A stretch of DNA of 64,000 bases from an uncultured Poribacteria bacterium (GTDB lineage: Bacteria; Poribacteria; WGA-4E; WGA-3G), in NCBI GenBank assembly GCA_958296135.2, contig CATQHZ020000001.1, positions 1,376,001 to 1,440,000 on the forward strand, given 5' to 3'. Under the pieces are notes generated by a model. The model saw nothing but the letters and a program-made list of their open reading frames with translations, did no database searches and had not been told where the DNA came from. Shown in pieces: positions 40,620-50,274 of this stretch. The first letter of the stretch is position 1, and each line of letters opens with the position of its first letter. The position numbers and the translations under genes were made by a program.

Positions 40620-41082
40620 GGTGCGGTGGTCTGTCCACCGCGAGTTTTCAGCGACACGAAAGATGCCATTTGCACCGTAGCGCGAGGGCCGTTACGGTCA
40701 CGTCTACAGTAAACGTGCGTGTGTCGCCCCGCGTAAACACGCTACCTTTAACGTTGTCCTCTCTGCCGCCTCGCTGCAGAGATGTCCACTGTCCCTCGCG
40801 ATCCTTCATCGACACGAAAAATGCCACTTTCACCGTAGCGCGAGGGCCTGTCCCTCGCGATCCTTCATCGACACGAAAAACGGCTGCAGCCTAGCGGCCG
40901 CGTGGCGAGGCACAGGACCTCGCCCGACGGGAAAAGGGACGCTTAAGCACAGCGATGCATCAAGACCGGGGGCATCGAGACCAGGAGGTCTCTCCTACCG
41001 GGGAGACGAGACCTATATGAAGCATCGAGACCAGGAGGGCGCGCCTACCGGGAAGGAGGCGAGCCCTCCGGGGGTTAGGGTC
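40620..41082. repeat. Intergenic REP composite cluster
   Basis: Family A and B palindromes plus the extended insert module. Confidence 0.88.
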
Positions 41083-42549
41083 TTAAGGAGTAACGGTTCC
41101 CCTCGCACAACGAAAACCGAGGTCGCTGCGCGTGTCCGCCGGCGAATCGAAGCGGCGATAGGCGACGCGCAGGTACCGCGCGGGAGTGGCCCAACTGCCA
41201 CCCCGCAACACGCGGAAGGAATCAACACTTGTGAAGTTATTTAGTATCCACTGGATCGTCGTCGCCCCAGAGAGTGGATTCCGACTGTTACGAGAAACGA
41301 AGTAGAAATCCCCATCATACGCATCCAGACACCACTCCGACACATTGCCTGCCATGTCGTAGAGGCCGTAGCCGTTTGGTGGATAACTCCCTACGGGTGT
41401 GGGATCGCCGACATGCCAATCGTAGTTTGCATCGTCGGCGGTGATTGTGTCGCCCCAGGGATACTTCTTGCCTTCAAGTCCGCCGCGTGCGGCGTATTCC
41501 CACTCCGCCTCGGTTGGGAGGCGTTTGCCGGCCCAGTCTGCATACGCCATGGCAGCATACCAAGACACGAGGACCACGGGGTGATTCGCTTTCCCAGAGG
41601 GGTAGTTATTCCCACTCCAGTCATCAAGGTACTCGCCATCGTGGAATTTGGCATCAATGTTGTCTTTTTGCCATTGTGGATTTGCGTCGACAAAGGCCTT
41701 GAACTGCGCGTTCGTGACTTCGTAGACATCCATGTAGAATGCGTCCAAGTGGACGGTATGCACGGGCTTTTCGTTATCGGACGCGTCCTCGTCGTCTCTG
41801 CCCATTTGGAATTCCCCGGCGGGGATGAGTACCATGCCTTTGGGTGGCGTAGGTTGTGTGACTACGACAGGTGGCGTGCCGGTGTCGGTGCCGGGTGCCT
41901 CGCCGAGATGGCGTGCGACGAGCACCAAGTCGCTGACATTGACTTGGCCATCGCTATTGACATCTACCCGCGGATTTGCAGGCGCGCGCGAGCCGAGGCT
42001 TCGCGCCACGAGGACTAAGTCGCTGACGTTGACGGTTCCATCCTGATTGACATCCCAGGCGGCCCCGCTGCTTTTGGTAACCTGACCGTTCTCGGTAGTC
42101 ACCGGCAGGTTCTGCCCGTTTATGCTTGTCAGCAGGACGTTTTGCAGGCTCAGCGTTGAGGCTTTGGCGGCCCCGACGCGAAACGTCACCGTGGCGAGGG
42201 TGCCGCTGCTGTTCGTTGTGGCACTGCCCGCGGCGGCTGTCAGCGTCACGCGGTTACCAGACACCCGCGGTGCCGGGGCAAAGGCGCCTGCCGGTAAGTA
42301 TGTCGCGTTGGCTGCGGCGACATACGTCAATGCCGATGTATCAAATTCAACGGTGAGTTCATAGCCGGCAATCCCGCTGCCGTTGCGGATTTGAATGTTG
42401 ACTTCCAGCGTGCCCCCGGCAGGGGGCGATGCAACGGGAGAGGGACTTATGGAGACGACGGCGACGGCTTCTTGTCCGTAACTCAGTGCTGTTGCGCCGA
42501 GGCACAGGATGATGGTTAAAAGCCAAACGAGGCTTGTTCGGTTTTTCAT
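41083..42549 (-). CDS. Secreted cohesin-dockerin-FGE/CLec protein, putative DGR target
   Basis: Paralog starting MKNRTSL at 42549 with AAAGGAG RBS; upstream ORF extension is REP read-through; one terminal VR. Confidence 0.9.
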   Translation of the reverse strand: MKNRTSLVWLLTIILCLGATALSYGQEAVAVVSISPSPVASPPAGGTLEVNIQIRNGSGIAGYELTVEFDTSALTYVAAANATYLPAGAFAPAPRVSGNRVTLTAAAGSATTNSSGTLATVTFRVGAAKASTLSLQNVLLTSINGQNLPVTTENGQVTKSSGAAWDVNQDGTVNVSDLVLVARSLGSRAPANPRVDVNSDGQVNVSDLVLVARHLGEAPGTDTGTPPVVVTQPTPPKGMVLIPAGEFQMGRDDEDASDNEKPVHTVHLDAFYMDVYEVTNAQFKAFVDANPQWQKDNIDAKFHDGEYLDDWSGNNYPSGKANHPVVLVSWYAAMAYADWAGKRLPTEAEWEYAARGGLEGKKYPWGDTITADDANYDWHVGDPTPVGSYPPNGYGLYDMAGNVSEWCLDAYDGDFYFVSRNSRNPLSGATTIQWILNNFTSVDSFRVLRGGSWATPARYLRVAYRRFDSPADTRSDLGFRCARGTVTP

Positions 42550-42599
42550 GCTAGCTTCTCCTTTTTTTCTAGTGTGGGACGTATTTAGTCCCGTAGTGC

Positions 42600-43007
42600 G
42601 GTGGGCTGTCCACCGCGAGTTTTCCGCGACACGAAAGATGCCATTTGCACCGTAGCGCGGGGGTCTGTCCGCCGCGATCGTTTGATTGAAACGAAAACCG
42701 TCACTTCCACCGTAGGGCGGGGGCCCGGCGATCGCGAATCGCCGAGGGTTTCCCTCGCGATCTCCCGACCTGAGCGGAAAACGCCTGTGGCCCCGAGGCC
42801 GCGGCCGCTTTCTGATGCGATCGATGCCTGGCGAGGCACAGGACCTCGCCCTACGGTAAAAGGGGCCGCTTGTTGCATGGCGAGGCACAGGACCTCGCCC
42901 TACGGTAAAAGGAACGCTTAAGCACAGCGAGGCATCAAGACCGGGAGCATCGAGACCAGGAGGTCTCTCCTACCAGGGAGGAGGCGAGCCCTCCGGGGGT
43001 TAGGGTC
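42600..43007. repeat. Intergenic REP composite cluster
   Basis: Family A and B palindromes. Confidence 0.88.
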
Positions 43008-44945
43008 TTAAGGAGTAACAGCCCTCGCACAACGAAAACCGAGGTCGTAGGACGTGCTCGCTGGCGACCTGCCGCCGCGATTGGCGACGCGCAGGTACTG
43101 CGCGGTTTCGTAGAAATCGCCATCCCGCAACACGCGGAAGGAGCCGGTCGGGATACTTGGGAAGTTATCACGTAGCCCTTGGATTGTCTCCCCACCAGCG
43201 ATGGGATTCCGACTGTTATCAGAAACAGCGTAGAAATGGGCATCATACGCGTCAAGACACCATTCCTCTACGTTCCCCGCCATGTCGTAGAGGCCGTAGC
43301 CGTTTGCAGGATAACTCCCTACGGGTGTGGTATCGCCGACACCCTCCACGAAATTCTCCTCGTCGTCCCAGACCCCGTAGTTTGCATCGGCGAGGGTGAT
43401 TGTGTCGCCCCAGGGATAGTTCTGTCCCGCAAGTCCGCCGCGTGCGGCGTATTCCCATTCCGCCTCGGTTGGGAGGCGTTTGCCGGCCCATTGCGCGTAG
43501 GCCATGGCGGCATACCAAGGCACCGAAGTCACCGGATGGTTGGCTTCCCCGGAGGGGTAGTTATTGCCACTCCAGAGTTTGAGGTAAGTGTTGTCGTGGA
43601 ATTTGGCATCAATGTTGTCTTTTTGCCATTGTGGATTTGCGTCGACAAAGGCCTTGAACTGCGCGTTCGTGACTTCGTAGACATCCATGTAGAATGCGTC
43701 CAAGTGGACGGTATGCACCGGCTGTTCGTCACGAAACCAGTCAGCGTTCCAGTCTTCAGCTTCTTCGTCGGCGAAGTTGCTGCCCATTTGGAATGTGCCG
43801 GCGGGGATGAGTACCATGCCTTTGGGTGGCGTAGGTTGTGTCACTATGGCAGGTGGCGTGACGGTGCCGGTGCCGGGCGTCTCGCCGAGATGGCGTGCGA
43901 CGAGCACCAAGTCGCTGACATTGACTTGGCCATCGCTATTGACATCTACCCGCGGATTTGCAGGCGCGCGCGAGCCGAGGCTTCGCGCCACGAGGACTAA
44001 GTCGCTGACGTTGACGGTTCCATCCTGATTGACATCCCAGGCGGCCCCGCTGCTTTTGGTAACCTGACCGTTCTCGGTAGTCACCGGCAGGTTCTGCCCG
44101 TTTATGCTTGTCAGCAGGACGTTTTGCAGGCTCAGCGTTGAGGCTTTGGCGGCCCCGACGCGAAACGTCACCGTGGCGAGGGTGCCGCTGCTGTTCGTTG
44201 TGGCACTGCCCGCGGCGGCTGTCAGCGTCACGCGGTTACCAGACACCCGCGGTGCCGGGGCAAAGGCGCCTGCCGGTAAGTATGTCGCGTTGGCTGCGGC
44301 GACATACGTCAATGCCGATGTATCAAATTCGACGGTGAGTTCATAGCCGGCAATCCCGCGGCCGTTGCGGATTTGAATGTTGATTTTCAGCGTGCCCCCG
44401 GCGGCGGGCGATGCAACGGGAGAGGGACTTATGGAGACAATGGCATCGGCTGGCCCCTCCTCTGGCTCCGCGTCCGAGACTACTGGCTCCACGACTACTG
44501 GCGCATCGCGATCGCCTTCCCCATCGTCTCGCGTATCGTCTACCAACGCAGCGGCGAGTTCGTCAATTGCGGCAGGGTCCTGCAGCAACGCCTGCACTTG
44601 TGCATCCTGGAGCATCGTCTGGAGTTCCGCATCCGTTTTCAGCAGCGTTATGAAATCCGGGTCTATCCCAGGTACGAACTGTGTGAGCAGATCCGGTTGA
44701 GTCACGACGAGCGTGATAGTCTGCGGCGTCAGGAGTGCTTGAATATTCGGTGCTTTAAGCCCCTCCAAGACAGCCGGCAGGATTTCTTGAATGTCCTCCC
44801 GTTGCAGTGTTGCCCTGTATTTTTCCAGCACCTGTTGGGCGAGCGGCGCATTGTCCTGCACGACTTCTTGTCCGTAACTTATTGCTGTTGCGCCGAGGCA
44901 TAGGATGATGGTTAAAAGCCAAAAAAGGCTTGTTCGGTTTTTCAT
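43008..44945 (-). CDS. Secreted helical-domain-cohesin-dockerin-FGE/CLec protein, putative DGR target
   Basis: MKNRTSL start at 44945; extra Q/L-rich helical domain and acidic linker before the cohesin; one terminal VR. Confidence 0.9.
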   Translation of the reverse strand: MKNRTSLFWLLTIILCLGATAISYGQEVVQDNAPLAQQVLEKYRATLQREDIQEILPAVLEGLKAPNIQALLTPQTITLVVTQPDLLTQFVPGIDPDFITLLKTDAELQTMLQDAQVQALLQDPAAIDELAAALVDDTRDDGEGDRDAPVVVEPVVSDAEPEEGPADAIVSISPSPVASPAAGGTLKINIQIRNGRGIAGYELTVEFDTSALTYVAAANATYLPAGAFAPAPRVSGNRVTLTAAAGSATTNSSGTLATVTFRVGAAKASTLSLQNVLLTSINGQNLPVTTENGQVTKSSGAAWDVNQDGTVNVSDLVLVARSLGSRAPANPRVDVNSDGQVNVSDLVLVARHLGETPGTGTVTPPAIVTQPTPPKGMVLIPAGTFQMGSNFADEEAEDWNADWFRDEQPVHTVHLDAFYMDVYEVTNAQFKAFVDANPQWQKDNIDAKFHDNTYLKLWSGNNYPSGEANHPVTSVPWYAAMAYAQWAGKRLPTEAEWEYAARGGLAGQNYPWGDTITLADANYGVWDDEENFVEGVGDTTPVGSYPANGYGLYDMAGNVEEWCLDAYDAHFYAVSDNSRNPIAGGETIQGLRDNFPSIPTGSFRVLRDGDFYETAQYLRVANRGGRSPASTSYDLGFRCARAVTP

Positions 44946-44994
44946 TGTAGTTTCTCCTTTTTTTCTCGTGTGGGACGTATTTAGTCCCGTAGTG

Positions 44995-45527
44995 CGGTGG
45001 TCTGTCCACCGCGAGTTTTCAGCGACACGAAAGATGCCATTTGCACCGTAGGGCGAGGGTCTGTCCGCCGCGATCGTTCGATTGAAACGAAAAACGGCAT
45101 TTGCACCGTAGGGCGAGGGCCCGGCGATCTCGAATCGCCGAGGGTTTCCCTCGCGATCTCCCGACCTGAGCGGCAAACGGCTGCAGTCCAGCGGCCGCGT
45201 GTGCTTTCTGATGCGGTCGATGCCTGGCGAGGCACAGGACCTCGCCCTACGGTAAAAGGAACGCGCGCGGCCTGGCGAGGCACAGGACCTCGCCCTACGG
45301 TAAAAGGAACGCGCGCGGCCTGGCGAGGGGAACCCTCGGCGATTCGTGATCGCCGGGCCCTCGCCCTACGGTGAAAAGAACGCTTAAGGCACAGCGATGC
45401 ATCAAGACCGGGGGCATCGAGACCAGGAGGTCTCTCCTACCGGGGAAGCATCGCGACCGGGATAAAGCCTCGAGACCGGGATGTCTCTCCTACCGGGAAG
45501 GAGGCGAGACATCCGGGGGTTAGGGTC
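44995..45527. repeat. Intergenic REP composite cluster
   Basis: Tandem GGCGAGGCACAGGACCTCGCCCTACGGTAAAAGGAACGCGCGCGGCCT units and family B copies. Confidence 0.88.
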
Positions 45528-47822
45528 TTAAGGAGTAACAGCCCTCGCACAACGAAAACCGATGCTGCCGAAGAGCGTGTTCGAAGGCGCATCGCTGCCG
45601 CGATTGGCGACGCGCAGGGTCGGCGCGGTAAGGTTCCAATCGCTACCCCGCAACACGCGGTGTGACTCAACACTTGTGAAGTTCTCAAGTAGCCATTGGA
45701 TTGTCTGTCCACCGGCGATGGGATTCCGACTGTTATCAGAAACAGCGTAGAAATTGGCATCATACGCGTCAAGGCACCGCTCCCACACGTTCCCCGCCAT
45801 GTCGTAGAGGCCGTAGCCGTTTGGTGGATAACTCCCTACGGGTGTGGTATCGCCGACATGCAAATCGTAGTTTGCATCGTCGGGGGTGATTGTGTCGCCC
45901 CAGGGATACTTCTTGCCTTCAAGTCCGCCGCGTGCGGCGTATTCCCACTCCGCCTCGGTTGGGAGGCGTTTGCCGGCCCACTGCGCATACGCCATGGCAG
46001 CATACCAAGGCACGTAGACCACGGGGTGGTTTGCCTTCCCCTCAGGATAGTCGTTCCCGTTCCAGCCCACGAGGTACTCGCCATCGTGGAACGTGTCATC
46101 AATGTTGTCTTTTTGCCATTGTGGATTTGCGTCGACAAAGGTCTTGAACTGCGCGTTCGTCACCTCGTAGACATCCATGTAGAATGCGTCCAAGTGGACG
46201 GTATGCACGGGCTTTTCGTCATTGTCCGCGTCCTCGTCATCGCTGCCCATTTGGAATTCCCCGGCGGGGATGAGTACCATGCCTTCGGGCGTTGTTTCTA
46301 CCGGCCTCGCACAACGAAAACCGCCGCTGTGGTCCGCGTTCGTTGGCGAACGGTAGTCGCGATAGGCGACACGCAGGAACAACGGCGCGTCACCGCGCCA
46401 AGCGCCACCCCGCAACACGCGGTAGCTGTCGGTCGGGAGACTTGTGAAATTGTCGAGTATCCCCTGAATCGTCTGCGCGCCCGAAATCGGATTGCGACTG
46501 TTGCGAGACTTAGCGTAGAACTTGTCATCGTATGCGTCAAGGCACCATTCCGCCACATTCCCCGTCATGTCGTATAAGCCGTAGCCGTTTGGTGGATAAC
46601 TCCCAACGGCTACGGGTTCAAATCCGCCATCTGCGTTATGCCAATTGTAGTTTGCATCGCCGGTGGTGACTGTGTCGCCCCAGGGATACTTCTGTCCGGC
46701 GAGTCCGCCGCGTGCGGCGTATTCCCACTCCGCCTCGGTTGGGAGGCGTTTGCCGGCCCATTGCGCATAGGCCATGGCGGCATACCAAGACACCCAATTC
46801 ACCGGATCGTTGGCTTCCTCAGGGGGATAGTTATTGCCATCCCAGTCCACGAGGTAATCGTCTTCGTGGAATTTGGCATCAATGTTGTCTTTTTGCCAGT
46901 GTGGATTTGCGTCGACAAAGGCCTTGAACTGCGCGTTCGTCACCTCGTAGACATCCATGTAGAATGCGTCCAAGTGGACGGTATGCACGGGCTGTTCGTC
47001 ACGAAAATCGTCAGCCTCCCAGCCTGCAGTTTCAGTAAGGTCAGGTTCTTCGTCGGCGAAGTTGCTGCCCATTTGGAATGTGCCGGCGGGTATGAGCACC
47101 ATGCCTTCGGGGCCTTCGGATGGTGTCGGTTGTGTGACTACGACAGGTGGCGTGCCGGTGCCGGTGCCGGGTGACTCGCCGAGATGGCGTGCGACGAGCA
47201 CCAAGTCGCTGACATTGACTTGGCCATCGCTATTGACATCTACCCGCGGATTTGCCGGCGCGCGCGAGCCGAGGCTTCGCGCCACGAGGACTAAGTCGCT
47301 GACGTTGACGGTTCCATCCTGATTAACATCCCAGGCGGCCCCGCTGCTTTTGGTAACCTGACCGTTCTCGGTAGTCACCGGCAGGTTCTGCCCGTTTACG
47401 TCCACCAGTTTGACGTTGCGTAGGCTCAGCGTTGAGGCTTTGGCGGCCCCGACGCGAAACGTCACCGTGGCGAGGGTGCCGCTGCTGTTCGTTGCGGCAC
47501 TGCCCGCGGCGGCTGTCAGCGTCACGCGGTTACCAGATACCTGCGGTGCCGGAGCAAACGCGCCTGCAGGTAAGTATGTCGCATTGGCTGCGGCGACATA
47601 CGTCAATGCCGATGTATCAAATTCGACGGTGAGTTCATAGCCGGCAATCCCGCTGCCGTTGCGGATTTGAATGTTGACTTCCAGCGTGCCCCCGGCGGCG
47701 GGCGATGCAACGGGAGAGGGACTTACGGAGACAACGGCTACGGCTTGTCCGTAACTCATTGCTGTTGCACCGAGGCATAGGATGATGGTTAAAAGCCAAA
47801 CGAGGCTTGTTCGGTTTTTCAT
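45528..47822 (-). CDS. Secreted cohesin-dockerin-(FGE/CLec)x2 protein, putative DGR target with two variable regions
   Basis: Same architecture as 38229-40574. Confidence 0.9.
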   Translation of the reverse strand: MKNRTSLVWLLTIILCLGATAMSYGQAVAVVSVSPSPVASPAAGGTLEVNIQIRNGSGIAGYELTVEFDTSALTYVAAANATYLPAGAFAPAPQVSGNRVTLTAAAGSAATNSSGTLATVTFRVGAAKASTLSLRNVKLVDVNGQNLPVTTENGQVTKSSGAAWDVNQDGTVNVSDLVLVARSLGSRAPANPRVDVNSDGQVNVSDLVLVARHLGESPGTGTGTPPVVVTQPTPSEGPEGMVLIPAGTFQMGSNFADEEPDLTETAGWEADDFRDEQPVHTVHLDAFYMDVYEVTNAQFKAFVDANPHWQKDNIDAKFHEDDYLVDWDGNNYPPEEANDPVNWVSWYAAMAYAQWAGKRLPTEAEWEYAARGGLAGQKYPWGDTVTTGDANYNWHNADGGFEPVAVGSYPPNGYGLYDMTGNVAEWCLDAYDDKFYAKSRNSRNPISGAQTIQGILDNFTSLPTDSYRVLRGGAWRGDAPLFLRVAYRDYRSPTNADHSGGFRCARPVETTPEGMVLIPAGEFQMGSDDEDADNDEKPVHTVHLDAFYMDVYEVTNAQFKTFVDANPQWQKDNIDDTFHDGEYLVGWNGNDYPEGKANHPVVYVPWYAAMAYAQWAGKRLPTEAEWEYAARGGLEGKKYPWGDTITPDDANYDLHVGDTTPVGSYPPNGYGLYDMAGNVWERCLDAYDANFYAVSDNSRNPIAGGQTIQWLLENFTSVESHRVLRGSDWNLTAPTLRVANRGSDAPSNTLFGSIGFRCARAVTP

Positions 47823-47859
47823 GCTAGATTCTCCTTTTTTCGTAGTGTGGGACGTATTT

Positions 47860-48170
47860 AGTCCCCGTGGTGCGGCAAACGGCTGCAGCCCAGCGGCCGC
47901 GACCGTTTTCTGATGCGGTCGATGCCTGGCGAGGGACAGGCCCTCGCCCTACGGGCTGCGGGGCCGATCTGCTTCTCCCTACCGTAGCGCGGGGGCCCGG
48001 CGATCGCGAATCGCCGAGGGTTTCCCTCGCGATCCTTCGTCGAAACGGGAAACGCCACTTTCACCGTAGCGCGAGGGCCCGGCGATCGCGAATCGCCGGG
48101 TTTTCCCTCGCCCTATGGGCTGTGGGGCCGCTTTGCTTCTCGCCCTACGGTTTCAGGGCGTTTTTAGTCA
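47860..48170. repeat. Intergenic REP composite cluster
   Basis: Family A palindromes in both orientations. Confidence 0.85.
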
Positions 48171-48179
48171 CCCCTGTCC

Positions 48180-48848
48180 CTATTGACTTATCTGCGCATT
48201 GACGGCCTGCGGCTCGGAAGTGGTACCGCCGTGGTCCAGTTTCACATCGGCGAGCGTCAGCGTGGATGCTTTGCGCGCGATGACTTCAAACGTTACCGTG
48301 GCGAGCGTGCCGCTTTCTGCCGCACTGGCTGCGCCCGCGCCAGCGGTGATGGTGATCTGGTTGTCATTTTTCAGCATCGGTGGTGCGAAAAACGCGCCTG
48401 ACAGATAGTCCCCGTTCGCACTCTCCACATAGCGGAGTGCGGTGGCATCGAACATGAGCGTGAACTCATAGCCGAAGACGTTTTCTGCGCCTGCAATCTG
48501 AAATTCCACTACCAGCTGCTCGCCGACAGCTGGGGATGTCACCGCTGCGGGCATGATGCTGACAACGGGGCCCGCGGCAACCACTGGCGGTGGCACCACA
48601 GGTGTGGGCGGTTCTACTGGCGGTGGCACCACAAGTGTGGGCGGTTCTACGGGTGGCACGGTTGTGTCCTCGCCGCCATCCGCCGGTGGTTCAACAGGAG
48701 TTGGTGGTTCGACGGTTGGCATCGTTGTGTCGCCACCGCCGCCATTAGCGGGGGGCATAACCATGTCATCCATCGGGCCACAGCTGCCCAAAGCGATTCC
48801 GATGAGGACGACTGATACGAGAATGAAAAGCGTTTTTACTGTTTTCAA
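48180..48848 (-). CDS. Lipoprotein with Pro-rich linker and C-terminal cohesin (putative anchoring scaffoldin)
   Basis: AAGGAG RBS and TTG 48848; lipobox LGSC; PPTPVEPP linker; YEFTLMFDATALRYV..SGTLATVTF cohesin-like domain. Confidence 0.8.
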   Translation of the reverse strand: MKTVKTLFILVSVVLIGIALGSCGPMDDMVMPPANGGGGDTTMPTVEPPTPVEPPADGGEDTTVPPVEPPTLVVPPPVEPPTPVVPPPVVAAGPVVSIMPAAVTSPAVGEQLVVEFQIAGAENVFGYEFTLMFDATALRYVESANGDYLSGAFFAPPMLKNDNQITITAGAGAASAAESGTLATVTFEVIARKASTLTLADVKLDHGGTTSEPQAVNAQISQ

Positions 48849-48911
48849 AATAGACTCCTTATGAAAAAATAGAATTGCCAGCGATGGGTGCACGGAGCGA
48901 TTCCGTTCTCC

Positions 48912-49200
48912 CCGGTAGGAGAGACCTCCTGGTCTCGATTTTTCAGGTAGGAGAGACCTCTGGTCTCGATGTGTTGTGCATCGGGACAGGGATGTCCCTC
49001 CTACCGGTGTATTGAGACGCGGGATGTCCCTCCTACCGTATCGGGCAGGGATGTCTCTCCTGCCGGAGAAAATATCGTCTGCACCTAAAACTGGATGTCA
49101 CTGCGCGAGGCCTCCTTGCGCCCATCGCGGCGTGAAGTTGTGAGTTCTGCCAAATGATTGATGAAGTTGAAAATCGAGACGCGGGATGTCCCTCCTACAG
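48912..49200. repeat. Cluster of family B GTAG-REP palindromes
   Basis: GGTAGGAGAGACCTCCTGGTCTCGA and inverse GGGATGTCCCTCCTAC copies. Confidence 0.85.
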
Positions 49201-49287
49201 GGAAAATACCCGATTCAATTCTGAAACTTCGCGGTTCCTTTGGCACTAGTGGAGCATTAACTATTGCGGTATCGATGAAGACACCGG

Positions 49288-50073
49288 CTATTTCATGATG
49301 ACCATTTTGCCGGTTGCAGAAAAATCACCGGCGGTGAAGGTGTAGAAATAGACACCGCTTGCCACCGGTTCACCGAGCGCGTTTTTTCCATCCCAATACG
49401 CGGCGCGAGCGCGGTGTTGATAGGCACCTGCTGCCTGATACCCTAATGCCAATTCCCGCACGAGTGCCCCCTGCATCGAATAGATGGACAGTGTCACCTC
49501 GGCCGGCGCGGCGAGTTGGTAAGGGATCCATGTCTCGGGATTGAACGGGTTCGGATAGTTCGGCAACACGGCTGTTTCTTGCACCGGCTGCCGTGTTTCT
49601 GACAGCGTTGCGTCCGTGGAACTATTAATCACCTGCGGTTCGGCAAGCCCGCCTGTTGTCACCGGCAGCAACACCTCGGATAACGTCAGCGGCGTTGTTT
49701 GCTGTGACAGCACTTCAAACGTGAGAGAAGCTAGTGAGCCTTCCCCTGTGTTGCCGCCCGATAGCGATGCTGCTACTAGCGTTACTTGACTCGCATTGAC
49801 TTGCGTCGGTGCCACAAATGCATCCGACAGATAGTCGCCGTTGGTGCTTGAGACGTAGCGCAGTGCTGTCGGATCGAACGCCAGCGTGAACTGATACGCG
49901 TCAATGGGCTGCTGGCTGGTGATGTCCACGTTGAAAACCACGTGTTCGCCGACGGCCGCGGGTGTCGTCTGCGCGGGCGTGATGCGCACGGTATCGCGCG
50001 TTGCTGCCAGGCTGGTTGCCAAAACGCAGCAAACGCCGAGTAGTAATGTGAGGGTGAAAATCTTTTTGTTCAT
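49288..50073 (-). CDS. Secreted cohesin protein with FlgD/T9SS-like C-terminal domain
   Basis: Signal peptide; YQFTLAFDPTALRYV..GSLASLTF; LPNYPNPFNPETWIPY..WDG..SGVYFY. Confidence 0.82.
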   Translation of the reverse strand: MNKKIFTLTLLLGVCCVLATSLAATRDTVRITPAQTTPAAVGEHVVFNVDITSQQPIDAYQFTLAFDPTALRYVSSTNGDYLSDAFVAPTQVNASQVTLVAASLSGGNTGEGSLASLTFEVLSQQTTPLTLSEVLLPVTTGGLAEPQVINSSTDATLSETRQPVQETAVLPNYPNPFNPETWIPYQLAAPAEVTLSIYSMQGALVRELALGYQAAGAYQHRARAAYWDGKNALGEPVASGVYFYTFTAGDFSATGKMVIMK

Positions 50074-50274
50074 TGTAGTGAATCTCCTTATGTTTTAGTA
50101 GGCGCGACCTCCCGGTCGCGATGCTTTCTCAACCAATCATTGCATTGTGTCACCAGACACCGTGTCTGGTAGTTACGGCGGGAGGTTGCTGTTGCCTTTC
50201 GGCGGTGCAGTGCCTCTCGCAAATGTGGAAACGTTCCAAAATTTACGCGCCTGCCATGAATCGCGGCGCAGCGG

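Noticed and set aside
42550-42888. Long N-terminal extensions of array genes in the ORF track (also 44946-45176)
   Set aside because: Read-through of REP DNA; the paralogous MKNRTSL start with a strong RBS marks the true start.
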